Shown here: one piece after another, positions 1 through 14,902 of the stretch
How the letters are laid out: the number at the start of each line of letters is the position of its first letter
Position numbering within the stretch: position 1 is the stretch's first letter
Source: the human T2T-CHM13v2.0 reference genome, Homo sapiens
DNA: 64,000 nt
Assembly (NCBI RefSeq): GCF_009914755.1
Contig: NC_060943.1
Direction: 5' to 3' (one strand)
The notes under the pieces: generated by a model
What the model saw: only the letters and a program-made list of their open reading frames with translations
Databases searched by the model: none
Told to the model about the DNA's origin: nothing
Program-made: the position numbers and the translations under genes

Positions 1-3000
1 GGGAGGCAGAGATTGCAGTGAGCTGAGATTGCGCCACTGCACTCCAGCCTGGGTGACAGAATGAGGCTCTGTCTCAAAACGAAAAAAATAAAAATATAAA
101 TAAAAATAAATTTTACACTATTTCCTTGGTATAGGATAAACTTCGTATGTAACTTTGTAAGATAAATGTAATGATTTTTTTTTTTTTTAGGATAGAGACT
201 TGCTCTGTTGCCCAGGCTGGAGTGCAGTGACACGACTTGGCTCACTGCAACCTCTGCCTCCTGGGTTCAAGCAATTCTCCTGCCTCAGCCTCCCGAGTAG
301 CTGAGATTACAGGCATGTGCCACCACACCTGGCTAATTTTGTATTTTTAGTGGAGACGGGGTTCCACCATATCGGCCAGGCTGGTCTTGAATTCCTGACC
401 TCATGATCCACCAGCCTCAGCCTCCCAAAGTGCTGGGATTACAGGCGTGAATGTAATGATTTTTAAAAAGAAAAACATGGATGTAAAGAAAGTAAAGCTT
501 CGTTTTGAACAGTTATGATGGTAACAAAACTCAAAGGAGCAACTAAAGCAGTGCTGCAACCACTTTTGTCTGTCTTAGTAATTCTGATTAGTGTACATTC
601 CTCCCCCACCAACCATTTTGAGAGAAATTTGTCTGAAAACATGATTTATGAAATAAACATAAGTGCTGAAAGAGTTAACAGTTATTAAGTTTCTTCTTTT
701 AAACAATCTTGTAACAACAGAAAAAGCCTTGGTCAGGTATGGCTCATGTCTGTAATCGCAGTACTTTAGGAGGCCAAGGCAGGAGGATCACTTGAAGCCC
801 GGGATTTGAGACCAGCCTGGGCAACAAAATAAGACCCTGTCTCTACAAAAAAAAAAAAAAAAAAAAAAAAAAGAAAGAAAAAATTTAAATTATCCAGGTG
901 TGGTGGTGCACACCTATAGTCCCAGCTACTTGGAAGGTTGAAGCAGGAGGATCACTTGAGCCCAGGAGTTTGATGCTGCAATGAGCCATGCCACTGCACT
1001 CCAGCCTGGGTGACAGAGAGCCCACCTCTAAACAAAAAAAGACAAAACCCTTATAAAATTGATCTAGACAATGATGGAGTGTAGAGGATTGTAAAAACCT
1101 TGGCTACAGAAATTGTTCCTCTCTAGTGTAGTCCATGACTGAAGAACAGAAAAGCACTATATCATCCATCAAATTTAAATAACTGACATAATGCTTAAAA
1201 TTTCCCCTTACCATCATTCTTTATGGTTAAAAAGAAATTCTGCAAGTGTGTTCACAAGCCAAAGATATTAATAAGCATACAGAAGAGAAAGGATTAATGG
1301 TCAGGACTGGGAAACAATGGGTTAAACAAAAGATAGTATTTTCTTTACTGCAGGTCTTCTCAACCTTTTAATTTGGTTTGTTCAGAGTGGAATTCACAAT
1401 GCCAGTAAGGAAATTTGGTTATGCACTGTATCATATGCAATGAGGTAGAACCCGCTCTACGTATTTTGGGAATTATTTCTTGAACATATTTTTGAAAAGT
1501 CTGGCTCAAGATATTGTCTGCAAATGGCAGTTAATATGCAAGTATGTTTGATGGTAGAAGGGCACCTAACAGTCTACTGACATTTAACTTTTCCTTTAAA
1601 TTTATAATTTTGCAATTATGTTAATCTCTCAATTGTTAATGACTGAATAATGAAGGCATAACTTATCCAATCTGAACAAAATGTACTTTAGAGACGAAGA
1701 ATGCATGAGTGTTGTGGCATCATGGTGGTTACACTGATTATTCAGAGTTCTAATGATTCTCAGTTACCACTTTTTTTTGGACAATAGTTTGTAAAACAGT
1801 GAATTAACATTTAGATTATAATCATACAGTATATACAATCAGTGGTTTCCAGAGTGATGACAATTCAGTGGGCTGCAATGTTCATTAAAGATAATGTAGG
1901 CCGGGTGCGGTGGCTCATGCCTATAATCCCAGCACTTCAGGAGGCTGAGGCAGACAGATCACCTGAGGTCAGGAGTTTGAGAGCAGCCTGACCAACATGG
2001 AGAAACCCTGCCTCTACTAAAAACACAAAATTAGCCAGGCATGGTGGCACGCACCTGTAATCCCAGCTACGTGGGAGGCTGAGGCTGGGGAATTACTTGA
2101 ACCCAGGGGTGGAGGTTGCAATGAGCCAAGATCACACCACTGCACTCCAGCCTGAGCAACAAGAGCGAAACTCCGTTTTTTTTTTTGTTTGAAACCAAAA
2201 AAGATAATGTATTAGAAGACAAGAGATAACACTGCATATAGAAAAGGTAAGTATTTCTTGGTAACATTTGTTTTTCTATGAACAGCTTTGTATACAGTAA
2301 CTCAATTTTGAGGTCTTGAGTTCTGTGCACCAGATGCTTGGAATCATAGAAGAACTGTAGGCATTGATTGATTGCTGCTCCAATATATTATTCTAACTCA
2401 CCTTCACTCACTGAACACCATTAACCTCTTCTCACCATCATTAATTTCTGACCATCAGCCCTCATTCAACAACATTCTAATTAACAAGTTCAAATTATTT
2501 AAAGCTGTTTTTATCTGTCATTTGCGTCCATTATGTACTAATGTATTACATTTATTGTCACTATAGTATCTGTTCCTTAAAGCATAGAAGGAAAGCATAA
2601 TTCATGTATTATATTTTTCAAAATCACTGCATGCACAAACATATCTGGTAATTAACTGTTAACTGGCTTTTGAGTGTTTTACATTATTCAGAAATCCCTG
2701 ATAGAGGTCATTTAGGTGGCTTAAATTAAGTTGAATTCAAATTAAATTTGGTTAGGATTTTTTAATGGACTGAAAACATACTGTTTTTCCTATTTAAAAT
2801 AATGGGGCCAAATAAAAATAATACAAACCAAAAATAAAATAATGGGGCCAGATGTGGTGGCTCACATTTGTAATCCCAGCACTTCTGGAGGCTGAGGCAG
2901 GTAGATGCTTGAGCCTAGAAGTTTAAGACCAGATGAGGAAACATAGTGAGACCCCATCTCTAAAAAAATTTTTTTTTAAATGAGCTAGGCATGGTGATGA

Positions 3001-3150
3001 ACAGCTATGGTGACAGCTACTTGGCAGGCTGAGGTTGGAGGATAGCTTGAGCCTAGGAGGTCAAGGCTGCAGTGAGCTGTGATTGTGCCACTGTACTCCA
3101 GCCTGAACAAGGAGAGCAAGACCCTGTCTCAAAAAAAAAGAAAAAAAAGA
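1..3150. mobile_element. Alu cluster: 1-110 (+, 3' end), 175-450 (-), 731-1040 (+), 1899-2200 (+), 2845-3150 (+)
   Basis: Alu consensus motifs, A tails, TSDs such as aaagataatgta. Confidence 0.9.
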
Positions 3151-3289
3151 CAAAAAGACCAAAAAATGGAATGTAGCCTCCGAGATCTGGGTCTCTAAAA
3201 ATTTACCATTCAGTATATCAGAAATGGGTTAGATTCAAATGAGGAAAAACTGTAGTTGGTAAATTTTGTTTATATTTCCATTTAAGGCA

Positions 3290-3622
3290 AATATATATTT
3301 TATACACACACACATATACATATGGAATATATATATGGAATACATATGTGGAATATATACATATATGGTATATGGAATATATACATATATGGAATACATA
3401 TATGCATACATACATGGAATGTATACATATGTGGAATATATACACACGTGGAATGTATACATATGGGGACTATATACACACGTGGAATGTATACATATGT
3501 GGAATATATACATGTGGAATACATACACGTGGAATATATACACATGTGGAATATATTCCACATACACACATGTGGAATATATTCCACATACACACATGTG
3601 GAATATATGTATATATATGGAA
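3290..3622. repeat. AT-rich minisatellite: TGGAAT plus alternating purine/pyrimidine spacer (units ~15-22 bp)
   Basis: Repeated catatgtggaatatata and cacacgtggaatgtata; produces spurious ORFs in all six frames. Confidence 0.9.
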
Positions 3623-4354
3623 CTACCTTGGCCATCATTTTGTTAAGAAATTCTTTTTCCCTTAAAGTAACAATCAGAAAATGTGGGCCAAAAACTTTTG
3701 CTTTTGGAATTTGTTGTAGAAAAATAATCTTTCACTTTCTTAAAAAACAAAACAACAAAAAACAACAGCCCTAAAGCAATTTTTGGAAGTTTCTTCCTGG
3801 TGTGGATTATCTGATGCTCAGAAGTCCTTCATACCTTTACTATACTTTAAAGGTTTTGTCTAAAATAAAGTATCTGTTGTTCTAAAGGGGCTACATGATA
3901 AGAGAATGGTTGCATCTTTTTACTGTAATCATAAAATATTCCCACCATTTGAGTTCTCTAACAGTATGTAATGATGATAATGGCAATCATTTTAACAACA
4001 AATATCAGATGCTATCGAAAGGGAATTATATGTATTTAATTATAATTTAGTCATTGTAATACAATTACAGTATTTTACAAATAGAAAAGAACACACAAGA
4101 AATATATAGGATTTCAGTTAGGATATGGTGAAATGGAGATGATGCTTAATAAAGGATATAATTCAGCATTATATTCTAGCGTTTATAGAGATGTTAAGGA
4201 ATTATTTAAGGGGTTTCTGAAATTATTCTGCATCCATGTTAATGTAGGCCTTCTAAGAATGAGCAGATTCTGAGCAGAAGCAAGATGTTCTACATTCATT
4301 ATAGATATGAAATAGATGAAGATTTTCTTAAATTTAATCACATTCAAGGCTTTC

Positions 4355-6136
<1,782 letters not shown>

Positions 6137-8718
6137 TCATTAAGAATAGAATGGCTTAAACAGTACAGAAATATTTTCTGCCATTTTTCTTTAAAGGCAC
6201 AAGGAGAGAATAAAGAAAAAGGAGAGCTTATAGGAAAGAAGGTAATTAGAAAAATAGGTTAAGTCAGTGGTTCTCAAACTTTGGAATGGCTTAGAGACAC
6301 CCAGGAGGCTTATAAAATAGTAATAAAAACACCCTCTTGAAAACAAACAGATGTGTAGCTTGACATACAATCTATCAACAAATCCTATCAGCTCTCCTGT
6401 CAACATTAAGAATCTGACCACCTCTACTACCACCATCCTAGGCCAAGTCACCCCTCTCTCATTGTCATAACCTCTTAGCTGGTTTCTCTGCTTTCATCCT
6501 TGCTTCTATGATCTATTCTTCATACAGCAGCCAGAGGAATTCTTTTAAAATGTGGTTTATATAACATGATTTCCCCTGCTAAAAATCTTCCCTATTAATG
6601 GTCTGCCATCTCAGGATAAAATCCAAAGTCCTTAATATGGCTCACAAGACCCTACACAAGCTTGCCTGTGGCCACTTTTCTTATGTCATCTCCCACTTTG
6701 GCCACTTTTCTGATATCATCACTTACCACTCCCCTAATTATTCATTTGGCTGTGGTCATAATGGCCTCCTTGGTGTTAAAAAAGTGTCAAGCATATGCCT
6801 ACAGTTTTGTCTTTAGAATGCCCTTCCTCTAGATACCTGCATGGCTTGTTCCCTCATTTCAGTTTTCTGCTCAGCTGTCACATTATCAAAACATCCAACA
6901 CATAATTGTACCTATATTGCATTTTTCACTAATGGATATACCATTTCTAAAGTTTGACTATTGTCTGTCTGTCCCATGCTTAATCAAAGCAAGGGCTTTG
7001 TTTCATATACTGCTTTATCTCTAGTGCCTAACATCATTACTTACACATTGCTGGCATTCAATATTTGTCAACAATTTCTAAAATATATATGTTCCTTCAT
7101 TCATAAATCTCCTTAGATGCTTCTCATAAAACACAAAGTTTGAGAATAGAGCTAATAATCTTTCAATGGTTTACCCTTGTATTTAGAATAAAATCCAAAC
7201 TCCTATTCATGGCCTACAAGCCCCTTTACGATCCAGTTCTTTCTTAAATTTCTCCAATTTCTTCAACGTACCTTTTAAGCCTCAAATTGAGCCACTACTA
7301 TCTTCAGAACAATGCTCTAATCTTATTGGCCTGATTTAAGTTCCAAGAACATGTCAAATTCTTTCCCATTTTAGATTTTCCATATGCTGTTCCATCTGCC
7401 AAGAATGCTCTCAAAGTGGCCACCTCCTTTGCGTGTGAAATGTCCTAGCTTAAATGTCAGCTGCTCAGAAAGACTATCCTGGATCACTTTAATTAGGTCC
7501 ATGCCAGGTATTTTCTATACCTGTAATTTATTCCTAATTCTTGTTTGAATTTTTGCAATTCTAAAATTTCATTTATTTATCTGTTGATCTTTCTGCTCCT
7601 CAAGCTCTACATGTGTAGGGGGAAAATGCCTGTTTTATTATATAGCTAGTCCCCAGAACACAGTATACATATAATGTTTTATTCCTTTAATATAGTTTTT
7701 CATGTCTTACTTTCCAATATTTATTACTTAAGGCCAAATGTTCTTATATTTCCCAAAGAAGTACCTCAAAATCTCCTAGAAATAGTGACAAGTTTACACA
7801 ATAAAGATCTTATATTATTCCGAAGAAAGAAGTTGAGAAACAAGTGTACTTTTCAAATGCAGAGAAACCTATCTGATGTAACTGGATCAGCAGGCACAGG
7901 GTCTCTGACCACTGTATATAGGCTGTAGAATAACAAAGACTGGTCATGGGAAGAAAAATAAATACACATCAGTAAGCTCAAATTTAAACAGTCTTTTAGA
8001 AATAAGCCTCCAAAACTTGAGAAAACACACTTTTGCTGAAAAGCAAAAAGAAATGATAAAAACAAAAGCAACTACCCCCCCCCACTTGCCATATACACAC
8101 CACAGCTCAGTTTAACACCAATTCATGTCAGCAACATATCCTAGAACAAGATAGACCCTGCTTTTGTTTCTTTCATAGAAGAACAATATGGTTTATAAAA
8201 CACTGAAAGAAATCAATGGGCTTATGGTGATTAAGGGAACACTATAAGGAATCAAATAAATTCAGTTGGGACCCAAAATAGCTACCTATGTGCTAGTGCC
8301 CTAATAAAAATGGGAAGAAATATTAATCTAATATGATTCTGGGGTAGGAGGCACTATGAGAACACAGGATGGTGCTAAACAGAAATCTAGAGGAATATAG
8401 AAAAAGTTAAGATTAGAATACCAAAGTCTCAGAACTGTGCCCAGAATGAGGAGTACATATAAAAATGTATTCAATTAAGTAGCAGCTCTTTTTATTGTCA
8501 TTAAATTAATGAAAAAACTATATGGTGAAAAAAGGGAAAACTGCAAAAGGGGTGATGAGTGAAGACAACAAAATGGAGTCTGAAAAGGAGGAGTCATTTT
8601 AGGAGGTTTCTTTTATTCTTGCCCCCATCAAGTCCTACTGAATATATCTCCTAAGTAGCTCTCGAATCTGTTACCTTATCACCAACACCACTGCTGACAC
8701 TCGGGAAGCCCAAGGCAT

Positions 8719-9010
8719 CTTTTTTTTTTTTGAGATGGAGTCTCGCTCTGTCATCCAGGCTGGAGTGCAGTCGTGCCATCTCAGCTCACTGCAACCTCCG
8801 CCTCCAGGTTCAAGCAATTCTGCCTCAGCCTCCTGAGTAGCTGGGCTTACAGGTGTGCACCACCATGCCTGGCTCATTTTTGTATTTTTAGTAGAGATAG
8901 GCCTTCACCATATTGGTCAGGCTGGTCTCAAATTCCTGGCCTCAAGTGATCCACCTGCCCCGGACTCCCACAGCACTAGGATTACAGGCATGAGTCACTG
9001 CGCCTGGCCC
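8719..9010 (-). mobile_element. AluS
   Basis: Alu consensus; TSD cccaa(g/a)gcatc. Confidence 0.9.
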
Positions 9011-10974
9011 CAAAGCATCCGGAACCACAACAAAAACCTACTCAGTAATGTTATGAGACCCTTTGTTCTAATCTCCATCTGGCAGATAGAATGGAATAGT
9101 AAATATGAAAATCACATTATGTCACCATCTTAAGATTTTTCAATAGCCTGCAAAAATTGGAGGGATAAAATCTAAACTCTTCTGCAGTATTTTTCAAACT
9201 TCTTTTGACTAAAATTTCATAGTAAGAAATACATATTATGACTGAGTACACACACTCAAACATAAAACAAGGATGTCATAAAATTATCTTTGCTATATGT
9301 ATTATATATTCATATTTTGTTATTTTATCTCCTGTTTTATTAAAAACAACAAGTGCTGCTTATAACCTACTAGGTTGTATTCATAACCTCTAGCAGGTTC
9401 TGCCCGGCCTGGCTCCAGTCAACCTCTCCGACTCCCTTGTGGCACCTCTGCCTCACTAGGCTCCAGCTGCAAAAGCCTTCTCTCAATACCTCATACAAAC
9501 CAAGCTCCATCCTCCTATGGCCTGCAGTACACTGTTACTTCTGCTAGGAATGCTCTTCCCTCTTCTCTCTATCCTCAGTCTCCTTACCTGTTTTTCATTC
9601 TTTCAGGGCTCACCTGAAACTTCATGTACCATTGCACTTCCTGAGAAGCTGTCCCCAATCCCAGGCTCCTAGCAATGCTGTTCCAGTAATCTCTCTTCTG
9701 TAAGACAGCCACTCCACCCACTGCAGTCTACAAGGAAAGCCTCCATAGCTGTGGTAAGACCTCCACATTCTGCTATTAAGGCTGGCTTCTCCACAGAGAT
9801 CTCAATTTCCATAAGCTCTTAGTGTAATAGCCTTACTATCCTTAAGTTATAAAAAGAATAACCACCCACCCTCCCCTAAAAGACCACTAGAGGCCAATCC
9901 TTTAATGCCTGACATCTCTGGGTTATCTCAATTACCTTAAAAGCTTTGGTTTCCTGGGTCCTTGGTCATCACTAGGACTCTTATCCCATCCATGTCCTAC
10001 TTCACTCCAAACTATGCCTTTTGGAATTCACAGTGTACTTTCTACAAATCGTCTACAACCTCTGCCCCGCCTGTGATTATTTTCTTCACCTTCTTGATCC
10101 TTTTGAAACTTTGAGCACACTACTTGGCCAGAAACAATGTTTTCCTTCATGTCTTTCCCTCCACCTCGCTTCACCTAACCTCTCCCAAGATAGACATAAT
10201 TATAGCAAGTCAACACCAACTCAAGGAATCAGATATACAAAAAAATATACTCAATGTTAATTTTTCTACAAATATTCCTAATCATGACATTTACCATCAT
10301 AGAACTAATTGTATTCTGTAGTCTCTTTGGAGCAACTCTAATTCAAACTGTAATTGTTACTACCCAATGAGAAAACCAAACAGAATGATTAAACACAGGA
10401 CTTTCATTTCCTGTTGTATACACTGATTGGCTCTTTACCCCTACTCATAGAATTAATCTATATCTAAAACACCATGGATTCATTAAATATCTTAATAACC
10501 TACTACTGAATTCAAATACTACCAAACTTCTGAATAGTCTCCTATAAATAGAAGGCATTACAGCATTCATAGTAAAAACAAAGGAAAAACAACGAAAAAA
10601 CCCACCCCTTTATATCCTCCATCTTTGATTACCAAAAGCATATGTAGAAGCCCCAAATGCTGCACCCACAGTTCTTGCAGCCACATTACTAAAATTAATA
10701 GGCTGTGGTGTAATACAAATTACTCTAATTTTAAATCTACTAACAGTATATAGCCTATTTCTAATATCACTATGAGGAATAATTATAACAAATTCTATTT
10801 GTTCATACTAAACAGACTTAGAATCACTCATTGTGTATTCATCTGTAGCTCATACAGCATTACTAATTATAGCATTTCTCATCCAAATGCCATGAAGTTT
10901 TATAGGAGCCCTAATAACTGCCCATGACCACACAACATCAAAATGATTTTGCCTTACAAATTCAAACTACGATT

Positions 10975-11287
<313 letters not shown>

Positions 11288-11315
11288 CTATGAACAAATC
11301 CATAGCCAAACCATA

Positions 11316-11488
11316 CACAAGGTTCCCCAACTTATGATACTTAGACTTAAGATTTTTCAAATTTACCATGGTAAGAAAGCAATACACATTCAGTATGCTC
11401 CTTGACTTACCAAGGGGTTACACAGAACTACTTACAATATTTTTGACATTATCCAGAAGTAACCCCAACATATGTTGAGGAGCATCTG
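11316..11488 (-). mobile_element. MER47/Tigger5-like TcMar-Tigger MITE, internally deleted, in NUMT ND4
   Basis: TA duplication at 11314-15 and 11489-90; end ...gaggagcatctg; ND4 reading resumes on both sides. Confidence 0.75.
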
Positions 11489-11943
11489 TACTACTAGCTC
11501 GCAGACTACAGACATTACTTCCTTTAACAGAAACATGATAAGTATGGGCTAGCCTAACTGACCTAGCCTTTTGCAACAACTTTTTGGCTCCTAAGGCCAA
11601 CAGATTGCATCTAACCTTTAAAAGTTCAGAAAGCTATATTGTTACATATGAAGGCATGAGTTAGCAGTTGATAGCCTTACTATCAACTATTAACCAGAAT
11701 GGAGAATTATTTTAAATTATATCTTTTTTTATGATCTAATTTTACCATTATCCAAATAGGACTAATGTACTAATTATGGCCATATAGTCTATCTATCAAT
11801 CACATCACAATGAGAAAAATTCACATATCACATTAATAACATCAAACCATCATTCACATGAGAAAATACTCTCATATTTATACATCTCCTACTTCTGTTA
11901 CCCCTATCACTTAACTCCAAAATTATTCTAGGACCCATACACT

Positions 11944-12392
11944 GTAAACATAGTTTAAATAAAACATTCAGTTGTCAATCTTATATAGAAGCTTAAAACT
12001 CTTTACTGTAGTTCCCCCTTACCAAGGTTTTACTTTGTGTGGTTTCAGTTACTCATAGTTAACTGAGGTCCAAAATATTAAATGGAAAATACCAGAAATA
12101 AACAATTCATAAGTTTTAAACTGTGTGCCATTCTGAATAGTATGATGAAATCTCACACCATCCTACTCCATCTTGCTCAAGACATGAATCATCCCTCTGA
12201 CCAGCATATTGTCTAATTTTGCCATTATCCAAATAGGATCTGCCTATTAGTCACCACCCAGTAGCTATCTCCTTTATCAGATTCAAAAAACACATTATAT
12301 ATATGGCTCAGTACTAGCTCTGGTTTCAGGCATCCACTGGGGGAGCCTTGGAATGTATACGCCGCAGATAAGGGGGAACTGCTGTTTTTGCT
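11944..12392 (+). tRNA. mt-tRNA-His pseudogene, split by MER44A; anticodon decayed (GTC)
   Basis: gtaaacatagtttaaataaaacattcagttgtcaatct... directly after ND4. Confidence 0.85.
12006..12384 (+). mobile_element. MER44A (Tigger7-derived MITE) in NUMT tRNA-His
   Basis: TIRs ctgtagttcccccttac...gataagggggaactgctg; internal ggtttcagttac, gaaataaacaattcataagttttaaa, ggtttcaggcatccactgggg. Confidence 0.85.
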
Positions 12393-12451
12393 AAGAAAGT
12401 ATGCAAGAACTGCTAACTCATGCCTCCATATATAACAATGTGGCTTTCTGA
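12393..12451 (+). tRNA. mt-tRNA-Ser(AGY) pseudogene
   Basis: aagaaagtatgcaagaactgctaactcatgcctccat...ggctttct; GCT anticodon; lacks D arm. Confidence 0.9.
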
Positions 12452-12518
12452 ACTTTTAAAGGTTAGAAGTAATCTGTTGGCCTTAGGAGCCAAAAATTGG
12501 TGCAACTTCAAATAAAAT
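12452..12518 (+). tRNA. mt-tRNA-Leu(CUN) pseudogene
   Basis: acttttaaaggttagaagtaatctgttggccttaggagccaaaaattggtgcaacttcaaataaaa; TAG anticodon. Confidence 0.9.
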
Positions 12519-14595
12519 TAATTAATTTCTTCTGTTCTTCTATCATAATTTTACTTACCAACTTATTTTTACCAATTACTATAACTATTTACAAAAATAC
12601 TCATTTGCCACCAGCCTATTTCCAACCCTAATATTTATTCATTCAGGGCAAGAAATAATTATTTCAAACTGACATTGAATGACTATTCAAACTTTAAAAC
12701 TGACACTCAGCTTTAAGTTAGACTACGTCTCAATAATATTTGTACTAGTAGCTTCTTTCATCACATGATTGATTATAGAATCTTCAATGTGATACATACT
12801 TTCAGATCTAAATATTAATCAGTTACTTAAGTACATACTTATATTCCTCACCACCACACTAATCTTAGCTAATGCCACCAACCTCTTCCAACTCTTTTTT
12901 TTTTTCTTCCAACTCTTTATTGGATGAAAAACAACAGAAATTATATCATTTTTACTTAATGGATGATAACACAGCCTAACAAACACAAACATAGCAGCCT
13001 CCAGGCAATTCTATATAAAAGTATTGGAGATACTGGATTCCTATTATTAACGGCATGATTGTTATACTCAAGCATTTGAGAATTCCAAAAAATTTCCACA
13101 CTCAACCCCAACCCTGACACTGTCTAATTAGGCTTCTCCTGGCAGCAGCAACTGGTGAATCTGCCCAATTTGGTTTTCACCCATAACTGCCATCAGTGAC
13201 AGAGGGCTCAACACTAGTTTTAGCCTTACTTCATTTCAGCACAATAGCTGTAACAAGAATTTTCTTATTAATACACTTTTATCTACTAATTGAAAATAAA
13301 ACACAGTGGGGTGCAGTGGTTCACAACTGTAATGCTAGGACTTTGGGAGGCTGAGTCAGGAGGATCGCTTGGACCCAGAAGTGCAAGACCAGCCTGGGCA
13401 ACACAGTAGACACAGACCTTGTGTCTACAAAAAAAAAAAAAAAAAATCCGCCATGCATGGTGGTGCACAACTGTAGTCCCAGCTACTCAGGATGCTAAGG
13501 TGGGAGGATCACTTCAGCCCGAGTGTGAGGCTGCAGTGAGCCGTGACTGTGCCACTGCACTCCAGTCTGCGCAACAGAACGAGATCCTGTTTCAAAAAAA
13601 AAAAAAGAAAGAAAAAGAAAAAAGAAAATAACAAAACTGCTTAGCTGCTATTACTACTTTATTCACAGCAATCTGTGCCCTAACACAAAATAACATTTTA
13701 AAAAATCATTGCCTTTTCCACCTCAAACCTAGGTCTCCTAATTGTCACTAGTGGCATTAATCAACCACATTTAGCATTTCTTCACATCTGTACACATGTA
13801 TTCCTGAAACATATACTTTTTCTATGCTCTGGATCCATTATTCGTACCCTGAATGATGAAAAATATTCTAGAAAACTAGGAGGCCTATTTAAAACTATAC
13901 TCTTTATGTCTTTACTCATTTTTAGAAGTCTACACTTAATAGATATGCCTTTCCTTAAAGGCTTCTACTCCAAAGATTTAATTATTAAAACCGCAACGTA
14001 TGCTAACACCTGAGCCCTTTAAATCATGCTTATTGTCACCTCCCTAAGAGCTGTCTATAGTACTCAAATTATTTTCTTTCCAGTCCTGGGACAACCCTGC
14101 TTTTCAACTTTAACTCAAATCAACAAAAACAGCCCCCTCCGAGCTAATTCAATTGAATGTCTTGCAATCAGTATTATTTTCACTAAATTTTTTTATCTCC
14201 AAAAATATTATTCCCATAACTATTCCCCAAATGACTATGCCACTCTACCTAAAACTCTTAGCTCATGCTTTAACTACCTTAAGTTTCATTATAACATTAG
14301 AACTCAACTAATAACATAAAATCTTAAATTTGAATCCTCATACATACACAAATTTTCCAACCTTCTAGGTTTCTTCCCAACAGTTGTTCATGGTTTATCA
14401 CCATACCTAAACTTTTCAACAAACCTAAACATAGCACCAGTTTTACTAGATATGACTAGAAAAAGTCACTCTAAAAATCATTTCTAACTTCCAAATGATA
14501 GTTTCAATAACCATCTCCTAATGAAAGTATTTTCTTCTCCTTCCTTATCTCACTTTTACTGGCTATACTCCTAGCTATCTAATTTCCCAGAGTAA
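12519..14595 (+). pseudogene. mt-ND5 pseudogene, interrupted by an AluJ-like element
   Basis: [75 protein letters not shown]. Confidence 0.93.
13306..13630 (+). mobile_element. AluJ-like element in NUMT ND5
   Basis: Diverged Alu with J-type ggaggatcgcttg and ggctgcagtgagc; TSD gaaaataa.a. Confidence 0.85.
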
Positions 14596-14865
14596 TCTCA
14601 GTAACAATAAAGATACCAACAAATAAAGATCAACTGGCCACAGCCATGAGTCGGCCTTCATAACTATATAATGCTGTTATACCTACAGAAACTTCCTGAA
14701 GACGTTCAAACTCTTCACCCTCAAAAATTACCCAATCCTTTACATTTTCAAAATCAAAAATCACCTCCACTTCATAACCTGTTATTCACATAATTATAAA
14801 TAACTCTATGAACAAACCTAACAATACAACACCCCAAATAACAAAACTAGAACCTCAAGTCTCAG
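14580..14865 (-). pseudogene. mt-ND6 pseudogene, 3' half only
   Basis: aatttcccagagtaatctc...attacccaatcc...cctcaagtctcag matches the ND6 C-terminal half on the opposite strand. Confidence 0.8.
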
Positions 14866-14871
14866 AGTTCT

Positions 14872-14902
14872 GAAGCTGATGTTCCACTTAAACTATAACC
14901 TG
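14872..14902 (-). tRNA. mt-tRNA-Pro remnant
   Basis: aagctgatgttccacttaaactataacctg resembles the tRNA-Pro end that abuts the control region. Confidence 0.65.

Noticed and set aside
3218-3774. Six overlapping 75-150 aa ORFs rich in Y/I/H/M
   Set aside because: Artefact of the stop-poor minisatellite.
14026-14319. 97-aa ORF
   Set aside because: Chance open stretch of the ND5 pseudogene.
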